A DNA stretch of 64,000 nt from Takakia lepidozioides (taxonomy: Eukaryota > Plantae > Bryophyta): contig CM060733.1 of NCBI GenBank assembly GCA_030704615.1, positions 45,632,001 through 45,696,000 on the forward strand. The letters are read 5' to 3'. Below are positions 37,905-50,806 of this stretch, one piece after another (the first letter of the stretch is position 1; each line of letters opens with the position of its first letter). Position numbers and translations under genes: made by a program. The notes below the pieces were generated by a model. The model was not told the DNA's origin and made no database searches. It saw nothing but the letters and a program-made list of their open reading frames with translations.

Positions 37905-40287
37905 TCACCTCAGGTGGGACTGATAATTCCTCCAGTCTTCTGGTTTCAGGTCCACGTCCATTGAGTCCAAGTCCAACCCTGCGGGCCTCTTCTCCAACAG
38001 GCGCTCATCACTATCTTGGAGGAGAGCCTGGAAGTAACTGCTCTGTTGCATTTTGAACTCAACCCGGAGTGATTCCAGCTCACTGTCTGTCACGGCCAGC
38101 GAGTGTATTGCACCCTCCTTCTCCAAAAACCTCTTGAGAGCATTCATGAAGATGTCTTCACCACTCTCAGTACTTTCATAGATGTTAGATGCCAGACCAG
38201 GACCTGAAGGCACGAAACGCCAGAGCTCATTACAAGACAAGTGCTCTGTAAAGTTGCCAAATGAGGCCAGAGCCCAGTGCCGCTCCCTCAATACCATATG
38301 ATACAGATCCCAAAGGGCTTGGGTTGCTGGATTGCCTGGGTCCTCAGGAATGTCAAACGTACTCAAGCTAGCAAGATTCTGCAAGAGCTGGCTTCAATGC
38401 CTTGGTCTCCTTATAAGGTGCTGACATGGCCAGATCTCGAATCTTTATGAGAAGATTTTCAAGTGTGTTTGGGCATACCTTCTGTTGTAACAAGAAGCAG
38501 CTGATGTGCAGGATGGGCATGATGTTATGTACACTGCAGTATGGATGGCTGCCTCCGGCTTCTTGTGTAATTGCATCAAGGGTCAGTTTCTTGATCTCTT
38601 GAATATTCTTGGCATCAAGCATTCGACCCTCCTTACTGAATTAAGCAAAACCCCCCGTTAGATTTTGCAGGAAAGTAAACAAGTAGGATTAATGGGCTGT
38701 ATAGATAAGCATGAAAAACATCACATCAACAAGGCAGGCAAGTCTAGGAGGGACAGGGATGTACCCTTTTTTGCCAATGTAGACAGAAAATAACTTAGGG
38801 ACTACATCTGCAGGAGGTGGGGGAATGATGAGGAATAAATCAGCAATTGCACTCACCATTGACGAAGAAGCTCAAGTAAACACCACATGGCATCCTCCTT
38901 CACAGGAGAAGGACTTAAATCCATGCAATCTATGCTCTCCTTCCTTTGAGAAAGGCGTCTCCCAGCAGCTAGACAATGTTTTAACAAGCTGAATGAAGGC
39001 TTCTGGAGGCTGTCAGGTAGAAGGCCAAAGGAAAAGCCCCCTTCCAAAAAGAGCCGTCGCACCTCTTGCTGACAATGAGGATGTAAAAGGGTCCTTATGA
39101 AAGGCAAGGTTATATAGGTGCGAGGCGATTGCAGAGGGACCAGCTTGACTGACATTAAACCAACCGAGCCAGTCTCTTAAGTGGCTGCTGTGAAACCTGT
39201 CGAGCATTGTGATGCCAGAGACTGGAGAAGAGAAAATAACGAGGAGATGTGTCCTTGAATCAGTGCAAGCTCACTATGCCGTGCAACGAAGCACCAAAGC
39301 TCCATGACTAAGTCGCCACAGAGAGCACAGGGGTGGAGGGTATTCTGGAAGAGAAATTGCTCGATCTCAACCCACACTTCACTGGAGGAGGCAGCGACAG
39401 CAGAAAAGGTCTCCAGTGCTCGTAATGTCCAAACATACATCAGCTGCCATTGTGTCTTCAAAGACGAACCGGGGCTACTTGCAGGGTAAACTTGAAGCTG
39501 TAAAATTGAGACGTACATCCCCTCTTCGGCCACTGCTCCTAGTAACCAATCCAGCCTCTTTGCGAGTTCCAACAGAACATCTGCCCCGTAATCCATAGAA
39601 CTCTGCAAAAGGTTCAGAAACAGCACCACATGGCCCGCTCTGAAAAGCATTCCTTCCTGAAGTATATCATTTGGTTCTTGCTCTTTAAAACCTGAGTTCA
39701 GGTGTTCAACGTTGGCATGTCCTCGCCATTTGTCACTATGCCTTGCAAGAGCTCGACCTTGAACTTGATGCTGATGTCAGAGTTGAGTAAGCAATGAATA
39801 AAGGCCGTTGGTGCTACGACTTCATAGAGATTCTATAGTTGTCATCTCTTGGGGTAGAAGCAATTGCCACTGTGCTTGGAGATTGTGGATACCCTGTCTC
39901 AGCAGCTTGCTTCAATGACTGTGCAGCATGAGAAATCAAAGATGTGATGAGCCCACCATTGTTGCGATCAACATGCGACCTTCTTCAGCCTGTGATAACA
40001 TAGCAACAATTCTTCTCCAACAAAGATTTAGCAAAGCAAAGTTCTTATCACCAATAACATGAAGTTGTCCCCATGCTACCCTTGCCGATCGTGTCCCCAT
40101 CTCCTGGAGAATTTGTATTGCAGATGCCACAATCTGAAGAGTCTCTGGCACTACTTGACCATTGGAGTGCCGTGGATCGACCCTTGTTGTACTCGGAAGG
40201 AATTTTGTTAACAGCCCGAAGGGCTGCTCCAAGCAGCTCCACGCCTGCCTTGTGCATTTCTACTGCTTGAAGGTCGCTTCTCTGCAA
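37905..40287 (-). pseudogene. FLIP: FLIP/C1orf112(FIRRM)-like gene (FIGL1 partner), frameshifted
   Basis: LWDLYHMVLRERHWAL...SCNELWRFVP...FMNALKRFLEKE and ELWCFVARH are recalled from plant FLIP homologues. The gene is split across several frames. Confidence 0.7.
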
Positions 40288-40406
40288 TCAGACAAGGAAA
40301 GGGATCACCCAAATCCAAACTTCCCTAGCTGACTGACTATCTGTTGTTATTGGATCACGTGTACATGTCAAAGCCAAAAAAAATGCATTCTTCACCATCT
40401 AGTTAA

Positions 40407-40756
40407 CCCTTAAACGCCCAGTAGCCCGATTGGGGCTTTGGGTTTAGAAAAACCTGAATAACTTCTTACATTCTCCATGGAATTGTGTGAAAAAAAAATA
40501 TAGTGTTCTTGGGTACCTGGCACACCAAGATTCATTGCCCCATTGCCTCGGATCAAGAGGGGGGTCACGATTTGATAAAGGTAATTCTCCTTGTTTCATT
40601 CTTCACACGTGTGAGAGAGGGAGAGAAACATGGGAACATGCATTGGCCAAATTGGATGCTTTTTGGCTTGTTGGATGAGGGATCTCAAGGGGATGAAACC
40701 CTGCTAATTTCGCCTCAATCTGAAAAAGTCAAACTATGGCACTGGGCGTTTAAGGG
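40407..40756. mobile_element. piggyBac-like MITE (350 bp)
   Basis: TTAA on both sides (40403-40406, 40757-40760) and a perfect 16-bp TIR cccttaaacgcccagt. Confidence 0.9.
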
Positions 40757-41299
40757 TTAAAGGCCTCAAAGGCCTCAGTACTGTGTGAGGTAATTCATTT
40801 CCTGCTCCGCTCTACTTTGTTGCCTTTTCCGGTTGATTTCCAGAATTCTGAACCAGCCACGCTTGTCATTGCTTGTGTTAATTTGCGATGATTCTGCAGA
40901 AATAGCGTGGTTTGCTCAAGCCATCGTCTAGATTGCGTTGTTCTCGAAACTGGAGGCAACAATTGGGGTTGTACCTATGTAAAGGGATTTCAACTCGTAG
41001 TCAAGTTCGGTGGTAAAGGGTCCAGTGTGAACGATTTCACCAGAATTGATTCTCACAAGTAGACGACGTATCTAAACCCAAGTGTAACACGTTTGCTTCC
41101 ACAGGTTTTAATAAGGATATAGTGCAGTTGGAGGTTTTTGCAATTGTTCCCCAGATGTTGTTACTGATTGTTTGAGGATTCAACCCTCAAAAGAACAGCC
41201 CCCGAAACTGCCTCCGGTGGGATACAGGCTTGCGAAGTAAACATCGAAGAAGGTACTTGCACGGAATCCAGCTTCGGAGAGAGAAACATCAAGCTGGCC

Positions 41300-41821
41300 A
41301 TGGCTGGTGCACGGGAAACGAAAACAGAGACTGTGACAGAAGGAGCTGTGATGTTGCCAGGGACGGAAAACCCACTGGTGATCCGGACTGACTTCTCGGA
41401 TCAACAAGCATGGGAGGCCATTGTGATGGCCATCAGGAAAACCAGCCCCGACGGTTTTGAAGCGTATGTGGAGCTCCTGGACGATCCTGCCTTCCAAGGC
41501 CTAACGACGGCGCAGGTGCTGGGGTTGGCCTCCGAGGAGTACACTTCTCAGCACTCGTTCCTGATGATTGTGGACCACGTCACCATCAGTGACCCAGAGC
41601 ACCCAATTGTTGTCGTCAATCTGTACCACGAAGAGGACCATGAAGAGGCCGACGAGGATGATGAACCAAAGGAATCACAGTTTCGTGCCGTTCCGGAGGC
41701 AATTCAAGGCATCGAGAACAACCTGTCGATCTCCAACATGGACTTCGAAGACTTTGCTGACGCCATCGACGAAGACGGGATATTCCGGAATTTTGATGCG
41801 CCGACCACAGTTGGCACATAA
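41300..41821 (+). CDS. Intronless protein resembling a bacterial DUF6924-type family
   Basis: LVIRTDFSD..AW...DDPAF.G...D..T....EHP.VVV.L...FRAVP....IENNLSISNMDFEDFAD..DEDG.FR.F. The family name is from memory. Confidence 0.7.
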   Translation: MAGARETKTETVTEGAVMLPGTENPLVIRTDFSDQQAWEAIVMAIRKTSPDGFEAYVELLDDPAFQGLTTAQVLGLASEEYTSQHSFLMIVDHVTISDPEHPIVVVNLYHEEDHEEADEDDEPKESQFRAVPEAIQGIENNLSISNMDFEDFADAIDEDGIFRNFDAPTTVGT

Positions 41822-41871
41822 ACGTCCACTCAGTGAAAGATTAATACTGCTTTGACATGTAGGCTTGGATA

Positions 41872-42956
41872 CAGTCGACCCTGGATAAATGTTACCTGCT
41901 TTTTTGTTATGTCACCATTAATGTTATTAAAAACAAATGTTATAAAATCTGCTCTGTAAAAATTTACACTTGAAAAATGGCATCAGAGCCTTATTTGATA
42001 TCAATATATGAAGCAAAGCGATTGTTTGTTTGTTTTGTTTTGTAGCGTTGAGATGTCCCGAACCGCAAGGCCCCAGCGCTGGTGCTTGGTACCGTTGGAA
42101 AGCCCTTGACGAGGAGGGGTGCACCGGCTTGGTCTCATGATTTTTGGACATGTGGTATGGGAGATATGAAATTCCTAGTACTTTTGGTCGCTGGAAATTC
42201 ACAAAAATAGCAAAAATGGCAATTCCGGGGACAATGGTTGGAGCCTCGACGGGAGAGATATCAAGGAAAAGGTCTCCAGTTCAAATCTGGTCGTAGGCTC
42301 TCTGAAAAATAAAATAAAAATGATCAGATATGGGATTGCAGTTGGACTTAGATGACATTGGAACAATTCTTCACACATGGGCCTTGACATAGGAGATGCT
42401 ACTTGAATACATAGGGGATTGCACTTGGACTTAGATTTCATTCTTAACCCATGGGCCAATGGCGCCTAGATCTCCGAAACAGGAGGGTCTCTAGATACAT
42501 AGGGGATTGCACTTGGACTTAGATGACGATAGACACATGGGCCAACGACGCAGACTACCCTAAATATGGCTCTCCTCTTTGTTAGCACACATCCATAGTT
42601 GTTAGATCTTATGCGGAGCCTTAATATAGTTGGTTTGAGAAAATATTCATCCACTCTTATCATTCATCACTCTCAATATCCATCCACTCTTATCATTCAT
42701 CCATGTGTATTTTCAACCCTCTAATGAATAAATATTGTATTCTGTTGGATTGAAGAAATACTTATGCAGTGAAAGTTGTATGTACTAAACTCTAAACCTT
42801 TCCAATTGTTACTTTTGTTATTTTTTACCCGCTTTATTGTTTTTCTCTCAAATGTTATGTTTTGGATTTTGACCTCTATTTCTGTTATCTGATAGATCTA
42901 CATAAATGTTATAATTTTTCTGCTCTATAGGCATAACAATTATCCAGGGTCGACTG
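41872..42956. mobile_element. Tc1/mariner (pogo-like) non-autonomous element
   Basis: TA TSD and 17-bp TIR cagtcgaccctggataa / ttatccagggtcgactg. Confidence 0.88.
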
Positions 42957-43639
42957 TAATAGGCCAGTGTTGAATCCCGTTTCTCCTTGATCCGTCCTCT
43001 AAAACATGGAGCGAAGTCAAACTATAGGGGTAAGTAATATATCATCAATGCTTTCATATGCTTCATGAACTTCATCTTGTTTGTTGCTACAGTTACTTAC
43101 TACAGTAGCTTTTAGAATATTCAAAATGAATATTTGCCCGGTCTAAATCAACATGCAAAATTTTGAAGGAAATATTCTCAGGCATATGGGCCTAGCACCC
43201 TAGCACCCTATGTGCTAAGAATGTTATGCACATAGCCAAAACTTACAATTTACATAATACTTAACCCTTTGGAGGCCCGGTGACCACTTTCTGGTTGTAG
43301 ATTTGACAAGGATGCTTATAACTCTAGATCTCTAATGAACTCGGTTTCTTAGACCAGTTTTCGATTTTCTTTGATATCACATATATTCAACGCCACAAAT
43401 TGCACTCAATTTCGACTATTGTAGATCCGTCAAATACATGCATGTATAGGGTTTACACTAGACACAGGATGGGAGTTGAATGCGCGTGCAAGGCTTGTCG
43501 GTACGATATCCTTAAAACGATTACTTCGTAATTGTTTCTGAAAGCATACCGTCGGACAACCTCTGTTGCATGTCTTAGGAAATGGGCAGTAGTGTTAATA
43601 GCCTGTTTTGTCTAAGTCATAAACCAGCTGTTAACACAT

Positions 43640-44220
43640 TTGTATGAAGAAAGAGAGGGAGAAATAGAAATCCTAGAGGAACCAGCCACTGTGAGTTTAC
43701 AAGATGAAGTAGTGGCTGGATGGACAATCACAGCTGAGGAGCAGGTGAGAGAAGTGAATGTGGGAACTAAGGAGGAACCAAGAATGGTAAAAGTGGGGGC
43801 TGACTTGGAGCCAGAATTCTTTGAGGAAGCTAAGGGCCTATTCATCAAATACAGAGATGTATTTGCTTGGAGCTATGAGGATCTGAAAGGGATACCACCT
43901 GAGATTTGCCAGCATAAGATTGAACTGGAACCAGGGTCAGTACCAATCAAACAGGCAAGGTACAGGATGAATCCCAACTATGCACAGAAGGTTGGGGAAG
44001 AGATCAAGAAACTGGCTAAGGCTAAGTTCATATACCCAATAGAGTATACAACTTGGTTGTCACCCATTGTGATAGTTCCCAAGAAGAATGGCAAACTGAG
44101 AGTTTGTGTGAACTATAAGAAATTGAATGCTTGTACAAAGAAAGATCCATTTCCTTTGTCATTCACAGAAGCTGTACTGGACACTATGGCAGGCCATGAG
44201 ATGTACTCATTCATGGATGG
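43640..44220 (+). pseudogene. Ty3/Gypsy reverse transcriptase N-terminal fragment (different family)
   Basis: VFAWSYEDLKGI...WLSPIVIVPKKNGKLRVCVNYKKLN...DPFPL...YSFMDG; truncated. Confidence 0.88.
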
Positions 44221-44759
44221 TGACGAGCCCTGAGCGCGCACGGTCAGGGTGACGGCATAGTAGTCTAGGGGGGCCAAGGTAAGTTGCGGTGTAGGTTGGG
44301 CTCACTGAACCGCCTACCCGACTGCGATTAGTGCAGGGGGTCCGTGGTCGTACGTGGTGGCTATGTTCACTATCTAAATCCTACCGGCAAAGAGAAATCA
44401 CGTACTCCTCTTCACAAGGCGAGTTTGCATTTCTAAGTCCTACGGTATCCTCTAATCTACTCAGTAATTGCCTTCCAAGTCTTTTTGTTTTATTGTCTAA
44501 TTCCTACCGCCTAGGCCCCCGAGCCGCCTATAGCCAAGACACGTTTTAATCCCTTCACAAGGCACCTACCGAGTATATGACTCATTGGGTCTCACTTTCC
44601 CTCATTTTGCTCACACGTCGTAATACAACATATTTGGTGCAAATCTCATCAAGGGTCATCTCTAATGCCTCATAAGCAACATTATGAACTTCGTTCCAGA
44701 ATTTGGATTTGATACATATCTTGTATGTCTCAATACATTGCTTAATGAGTGACATTGCT

Positions 44760-45220
44760 TGATGTAGTTTCTTTGCCTTTGTAGCACTGTACTGAGATCG
44801 TTTCAGATATTTCATGGTATCTGTAGCTAATTGCATGCAATGGGACAAGAATCTGTGGTCTCTATTTCTATTCAAGTGCATTTTTGTGTTTTTGTTGAAT
44901 GATGTGTTAAAGGTTACGTTGCTCGCAGGAAATGGAGCGAGACTCATTTGTGGCGCTTTCATTTCAAGATGTAGTTTGCAATACTATAATCAGATCATTT
45001 GAGGTATTTCATCGTACATGTAACAGCTAATTGCAAGTAATGGGGCAAGAGTCAGTCGTCTATGTTTCCTTTCAAGTGTATTTCTGTGTTTTTGCTTAAT
45101 GATGTGTTTGAGGCTACACTGCTCGCAGGGAATGGAGCGAGACTCACTCGTCATTCTTTCATTTCAAGATGTAGTTTCTTTGCCTTTGTAGCACTGTACT
45201 GAGATCATTTCAGATATTCC
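44760..45220. repeat. Degenerate ~200-bp tandem duplication
   Basis: gatgtagtttctttgcctttgtagcactgtactgagatc occurs at about 44761 and 45168. gctcgcagg.aatggagcgagactca occurs at about 44921 and 45121. Confidence 0.75.
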
Positions 45221-45739
45221 ATGAAGGTAATTCTCATCTTATTGTAACTGCGTTGTTACATTCCACTGAATTTCAATGGCTTCTATAGATAGATGGAGGC
45301 TGCAAGTCTTTCCACTTTGTTACTTCGATGTTGTCAAGCAAATTTGAAATCTTTCTAATGTCATAGAATGCCTATGGTATTATGGAAACATAAGGGGTTC
45401 TGTGGAACTGAATGTGTGCAGTTTTACATGCAAAATGATTCTCATCCTGCTTCATGACACTGAAATCAGATACGTTCATGCAAGAAGTGGAATGTCAAAC
45501 TTTCATTGTCCATCTTTTTCTCTAGGTTTGAGTCCTTCTGAAAGAGAAAATGATGTCTCTGCAGATATGTCAGAGATAAAATCAAAATGAGCACATTGCT
45601 TTGCCTGTTGACTCAAATTGTAATGAAGCCTTGAATGCAATGATCTTAAAGTCTAATAATGATCAGCCATATCTTGATACTACTCTTGAGCCAAACCTTA
45701 ACAGTTTCCAGTCAAACCCTGAGCATATTTCAGAGGACA

Positions 45740-48290
45740 TGTTGCCATAGTATCTTGAATGGATCAGACGGTGACATACCACTGGATGAAAATCTCTCTA
45801 AGGGATTCCGTATTGTGAGCAAGGAAGAACTTGAGAATCTTGAGAATGGAGGTCGACGAAGAAGTTGGAAGTCTCAGAATTGGGCAAGGTCCCGGTTCAA
45901 TGATTGGAGAGTTCTCAACAAGTTGTCTTTGACAGAATCAATTGAGGAAATCTCAGATCGTGACATAACATTGCTAAATAACATGCTCACAACCTTCTTT
46001 GGTCAAGTTTTGAAGAAAAATGGTGATATGTATCCTCCTGAGATGTAAGCTGGAACCTCTTAGTAATATGTTTTATTTGGTTGATCTTTTTGTCCGTTTT
46101 TAGTAGGTGTGTGCCTTTATGTCCTCAGATTTGTTGCTACAGAAATTTTCTTAGATATCATTGTTTGTTATCCATTTTGATCAATCTGGATAATTGTCTG
46201 GGATTTTGTGTAAATGGTCTAGTTTATCCACAATTAATGTATGTTTTGGTGTATATAGGTATGGATCTTTGCTCAGATCAATCGGCAGGATTATCCGGAC
46301 CACCAAGCAAAACGAATTGTGAACACAGGTGTTTTAGAAGAGAAATTCAACATCTCCACAGACCCTCGTTTTCGAAAATCTCAAGTAGCATGTAACGAAG
46401 CCATGATTACTGCTGCCAAATTGGGATTGGGGAAACAAAGGCGATAACCTGAAACTTTATCTGTTACCACGGAAGCAAAGTTATTAGGTTTACCAATCAT
46501 GCAGCAAATTGATGCCAAAGGACAACCATGCGGTTCTTCTATTTCTGTATTAGAAATTTTTGCATTCGTGGATGTGCCGAGCTTCGAAAATTAAGCATTT
46601 CAGACTTGACATGTGGTAGAGACATGAGCGGGAACTTTGTAAGGTATGTATAATCTGGGCATGACATATTTTATAATTCTTACATTAGATATTATTTTCT
46701 TAGAACTTCTTTATTTTTGTAAAGCTCTGATTCTGCTTAGTCTTTGATCTGCTTAGTTATTTTTTATGGTGGCTCTTCCTGGTTTTTAGGGCTGCCTGGT
46801 AAGAGCACTTAGGATTGCAGGCTCTTTGGCTATGCTTCTTCCCCATTATTGCTGGCTTTTTGGACAGCCTGGTAGGCTGATTTACAATTGCAAGCTTACT
46901 GGCTATGCTCCCCTTGTAGCTGGCTGCTCGTGTTTCTTAGGGCAGCCTGGTAGGCTGATTTAGGATTGCAGGCTCACTGGCTAGGCTTCTTCCCCTTGCT
47001 GGGAATTTGTTCTTCTGTTTCCTCCCTAGTCTTTTTAGTTTCAGCACTCATGACAGTCTTCTTGGCTCGCTGCCTTCATGACTTTGAAGCTGCCTTTGTT
47101 AGAGCTTGCCCCTAGGTGACATGGACTGGGTGTTACCCACTCACTAAGTGATGTAAGCCTTAATGGCCTTCTATCATGGTTATTTTTTCCATGATTTTTC
47201 TATAATATGACTTAAAGGGCTTCTCCCCCTTCCTTTCTGATATTAATATATATATTAATGTTTTCTTACTAATCCATATAATATGTTTTTGTAGGTTTGA
47301 TGAAACCTCTTCCAAGAACTATAAAATAGATTTGCAGCACTGTCAACCCGAGAAGTTGAGACCCCCTGTATCATGGTTCGATGAAGATGTTGTTCATACT
47401 TTCAAGGTTTTGTCTAAGCATTATCTTGTTTGGGGTCCTGAGGATCAACCACCTCCCTATCTTCTGTTTCTGACCAGTCATAAGAAAAAGGGTGCGAGCT
47501 ATCAAGTAAGTATTAAATTTGATGTATGCATGCATGTATATTATTATATTGAAATGTAAATATATAAACTACATGAATTTCTTTGTTTCTGGTTTTTGCT
47601 ATGTTGCCACTATGACTGTCTTTTTTTCTTTGTCTGTAAATATCATTTGATTTCTAGTAATGTCTTTTTCTAACACTAGGTGGATGTTTCAGTGGTATAA
47701 AAAATCTCCAGTTGGTGAGAAGACACTTGCAAGTTGGCAGAAGAGAATTTGTGAGGAAGGAGGATTGGACAAAGAGTTCTTCACGAACAAATCAGGCAGA
47801 ATCACAGCAGTGACAAGGTAATTAGCTACACTTCACTTTGAACTATTCCAATTGAGCTTAACGTAAGGTATAAATTCTAAAAATTATAATGGAATGATCC
47901 AAGTTTTAATTTATTATTAGTGTTTGTACTTACTAGCTTATTTGTTCCACACTGACACAGAATGAACCATCAAGGTGTTTGGGCTGAAATTGGAATGAGG
48001 ATCACAGGTCACCGTGACCAGAAATCATATGGAAGGTATTGTTCGACAACTGAAGATCAAGTTAATTCATTTGATAATTGTTTTTCAAGTTTAGGGTAGT
48101 ATGAAATTTTGATAGAGAACTCTAGACTATCATAGTAATTATGTAAGTTTTATGTTTTTAATTAAATTATCAGTTGCATATTATGTTGTGACAGATATGA
48201 TCAAGACAAATTAAAAGCCATGACACTGCAGAAATGCTTATCTTACACCAGCTTGATCATTTATGAAGCTCCTCGACTAACGCAGCAGCT
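45740..48290 (+). pseudogene. Intron-containing Crypton/DUF3504-like tyrosine recombinase, decayed
   Basis: Exons give WARSRFNDWR...KKNGDMYPP, FCIRGCAELRKL (R), SSKNY (K), WYKKSPVG...FTNKSGR and ITGHRDQKSYGR|Y. There is an in-frame stop at 46445 and frameshifts. Confidence 0.78.
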
Positions 48291-48732
48291 GTTTGCATCG
48301 GTGAGGGGGCTGCTATTTCATGAGCCATGAGCGGCATGAGCCATGAGCAGAGTCGTAAGTGTGGAAAAAAACATGAGCAGCACTATTTTCCGAAAATGAG
48401 TGTCCGCGGGAATAGGGTTTAGGGTGCCACGGTCATAGGGGGAGAAGGACCTCCCGATGAAGGAGGTTCGGCAATGTTATTTAGAATTATATATTGAAAG
48501 GCAATGTTTCGCGAATGGAAGGGTGGTACTGCTCTGTACAATGGGGGCCCATTTCAGCCTACCAGCCACTTGCAAAATCCACCCACACTCCCAATCCCAA
48601 ACGAAATGAGCAATGACGCATTCTCGGAACGATGGACATAGAATAGAATAAAAAGAGGGCACAATGAGGTTTTTATTGATCCACATTAATTGCATTTGAA
48701 GCACGTCTACTGTGCTGATTGTGCAATCAATT

Positions 48733-49254
48733 TGTCGTGCGCATACATATCGCTACACAACTACATCGCTGTCCAAACCACACCACACATATATGCACAA
48801 TAAAGTAGTCTACCACAATGATAAGAAAACTCAAACCACACTGTTCACACAAAATATGAAATCCATCAACATCACTCTTTAATATAATAGTCGAGCCAGG
48901 GGCACCCCAAGCTATGGGGACTCCACCCCACAACAACCTATACCCCTACATAAGCACACTCAGATTCTAAAGCATGAAGGAGCTCGGTCGCGCAGGCTCA
49001 ACTCGAGAGAGATGAGCTGCGCGACTGCCGCTCTCGTGAAGATAAGACGGACCAGGTGTCAAACTAAACTTGACACCTGATTTAACACTTGACCTAAATC
49101 CAAGTGTTAAATACAAATAACTAGTTTTATGCTAGCTGTTTTCACACTGTGCTTATTTAACTTGACAGCTGTCGTGCGCATACATATCGCTACACAACTA
49201 TATCGCTGTCCAAACCACACCACACATATATGCACAATAAAGTAGTCTACCACA
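48733..49254 (-). repeat. 3' terminal A-B-A repeat block
   Basis: The A copies (85 bp) differ by 1 substitution. The B copies differ by 1 substitution and a 4-bp indel. A purine-rich AGGGGGGCG on the minus strand lies at 49257-49265, next to the inner A. Confidence 0.95.
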
Positions 49255-49513
49255 ATCGCCCCCCTAGCTGGTGGATAGGTCCCTCTACCTCCAGATAGCT
49301 ACAAGACGTAATAGCCATAGCCGTACTAAGTCCTGTATCACTGTCCCTATCGTACTCAAACTCTATAGACCAAGAGGCCGGGTGCAAGAGTAGCCCCATC
49401 GTTAGTCGCCGTCTTGCAATCTGTGAACTTGAGCCAGGACTTCGTGTATTCAAGGTCTCCTGTAGCTGGGCCTTGCGTTGCTTGTTAGCCTCCCATGGTT
49501 GTATCCACTCCCA

Positions 49514-50806
49514 CTATCCAATGCATTGTGGACATAACCAATCCCCATTTGGAACCATCTCAAGAGGTGGAGTCAAGCACCCCATATGCCAACCTCTAGA
49601 GCATCGATCACACACCAGCATGGTGGCTGCCCCTTTAGCAGACCCACACAACATGCACCTCAAACCTGCAGATACCACTGCCAGGTTTGGGTCAATCCTG
49701 CCATCGACATTCGGAAGGTGACATGGCGCACAATTACGCACATGGTCCTTCCAAGTTATGCCATCCCGACCCTCCAAGACCAAGACGCCTGAGGGCAAGA
49801 CCTCTCGAACCCTCAAAATAACACGTCCTGCAGTCACATCCAGGGTCGTAGGAGCAGTCTGCTGCAGATAGACATAGTCACCAGGGTTGAATCTCCGAAC
49901 CCCAGGACGATAGCCCCCACCACGTATGGTAGCATACCTCAACGTATCACGGTGTTGTGCAATGGCAAGGTTCTCGAAAGCCATGGGCATGACTCTCTTG
50001 AACAACTCTGCACGCTGCTCACATGCACGTGCCCACACGTCCGGATCATCAAGGTTAAGAACTGTAGCAGCTTCTCTGCGAATGGATGTAGGCAAATCCG
50101 GCTCTCGGCCAAAGAGAAGAAAGTATGGTGAGAAGGAGGCAAGTGATGCTTGCTTGATGAACCTGTAGCCCATGGCTAACCAGGGTAACTGAAGGTCCCA
50201 ATCTCCTAGGTGTCCCTTCTGCAAGCCATACTTGCGCAAACCCCTCTTTACTGTCTGAACAACTCTCTCTGCCAAGCCATCGGCTTCAGGATGATCCCGA
50301 AAAGTGGTGCGGTGGTCTATCAAGGCCTTGTCACACAAAGCCTGAAACTCCCCCAAGAACTCTCTCCCTTGGTCCGTGAGTACCTCAGCTGGAGCACCGA
50401 ATCGGCTAAGCACACAATCCAGGAATGCATACGCAGCTCCCTCACTAGCCTTATCAGGCAATTGAACCAATTCAATCCACTTGGAGAAGTGCTCCACCAT
50501 CACCAACACGTACTTGTTGTGGCGCATGGTCAGTGGCAACGGCCCTGCGAAGTCAAGACTCCACTTGTAGCCCAATCCCATGATCGGAAGAGGGTGCAAT
50601 TGTGGAGTAGGGGCGTTGAATGAAGCACGCACCCTGTCACACACCATGCACCTAGCCACAAATTGTTGCACCTCTGTGTGCATACCACGCCACCAATACT
50701 GCCCCTGCAGTAGACTATGAGTGCGTCGCACCCCAAAATGCCCCAACTCCTCATGGGCATGCCGCACTAACTGTGCCCGCTGTGTTGGGTGAGGCACAAT
50801 CCTCAC
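49514..50806 (-). CDS. DDE integrase with HHCC zinc domain and C-terminal PHD finger
   Basis: HEELGH...CMVC, SLDFAG, LTDQGREF and GLAERV, then CMLCG...CDRCSRGWHMGCL...WLCPQC. Confidence 0.93.
   Translation of the reverse strand: MRIVPHPTQRAQLVRHAHEELGHFGVRRTHSLLQGQYWWRGMHTEVQQFVARCMVCDRVRASFNAPTPQLHPLPIMGLGYKWSLDFAGPLPLTMRHNKYVLVMVEHFSKWIELVQLPDKASEGAAYAFLDCVLSRFGAPAEVLTDQGREFLGEFQALCDKALIDHRTTFRDHPEADGLAERVVQTVKRGLRKYGLQKGHLGDWDLQLPWLAMGYRFIKQASLASFSPYFLLFGREPDLPTSIRREAATVLNLDDPDVWARACEQRAELFKRVMPMAFENLAIAQHRDTLRYATIRGGGYRPGVRRFNPGDYVYLQQTAPTTLDVTAGRVILRVREVLPSGVLVLEGRDGITWKDHVRNCAPCHLPNVDGRIDPNLAVVSAGLRCMLCGSAKGAATMLVCDRCSRGWHMGCLTPPLEMVPNGDWLCPQCIG

Noticed and set aside
44221-44540. Solo LTR truncating the RT fragment
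   Set aside because: It starts with TG, but no second copy, clear end or TSD can be identified.
48819-49167. Hammerhead ribozyme in the LTR (retrozyme-like)
   Set aside because: No CUGANGA/GAAA core in a suitable arrangement was found on either strand.
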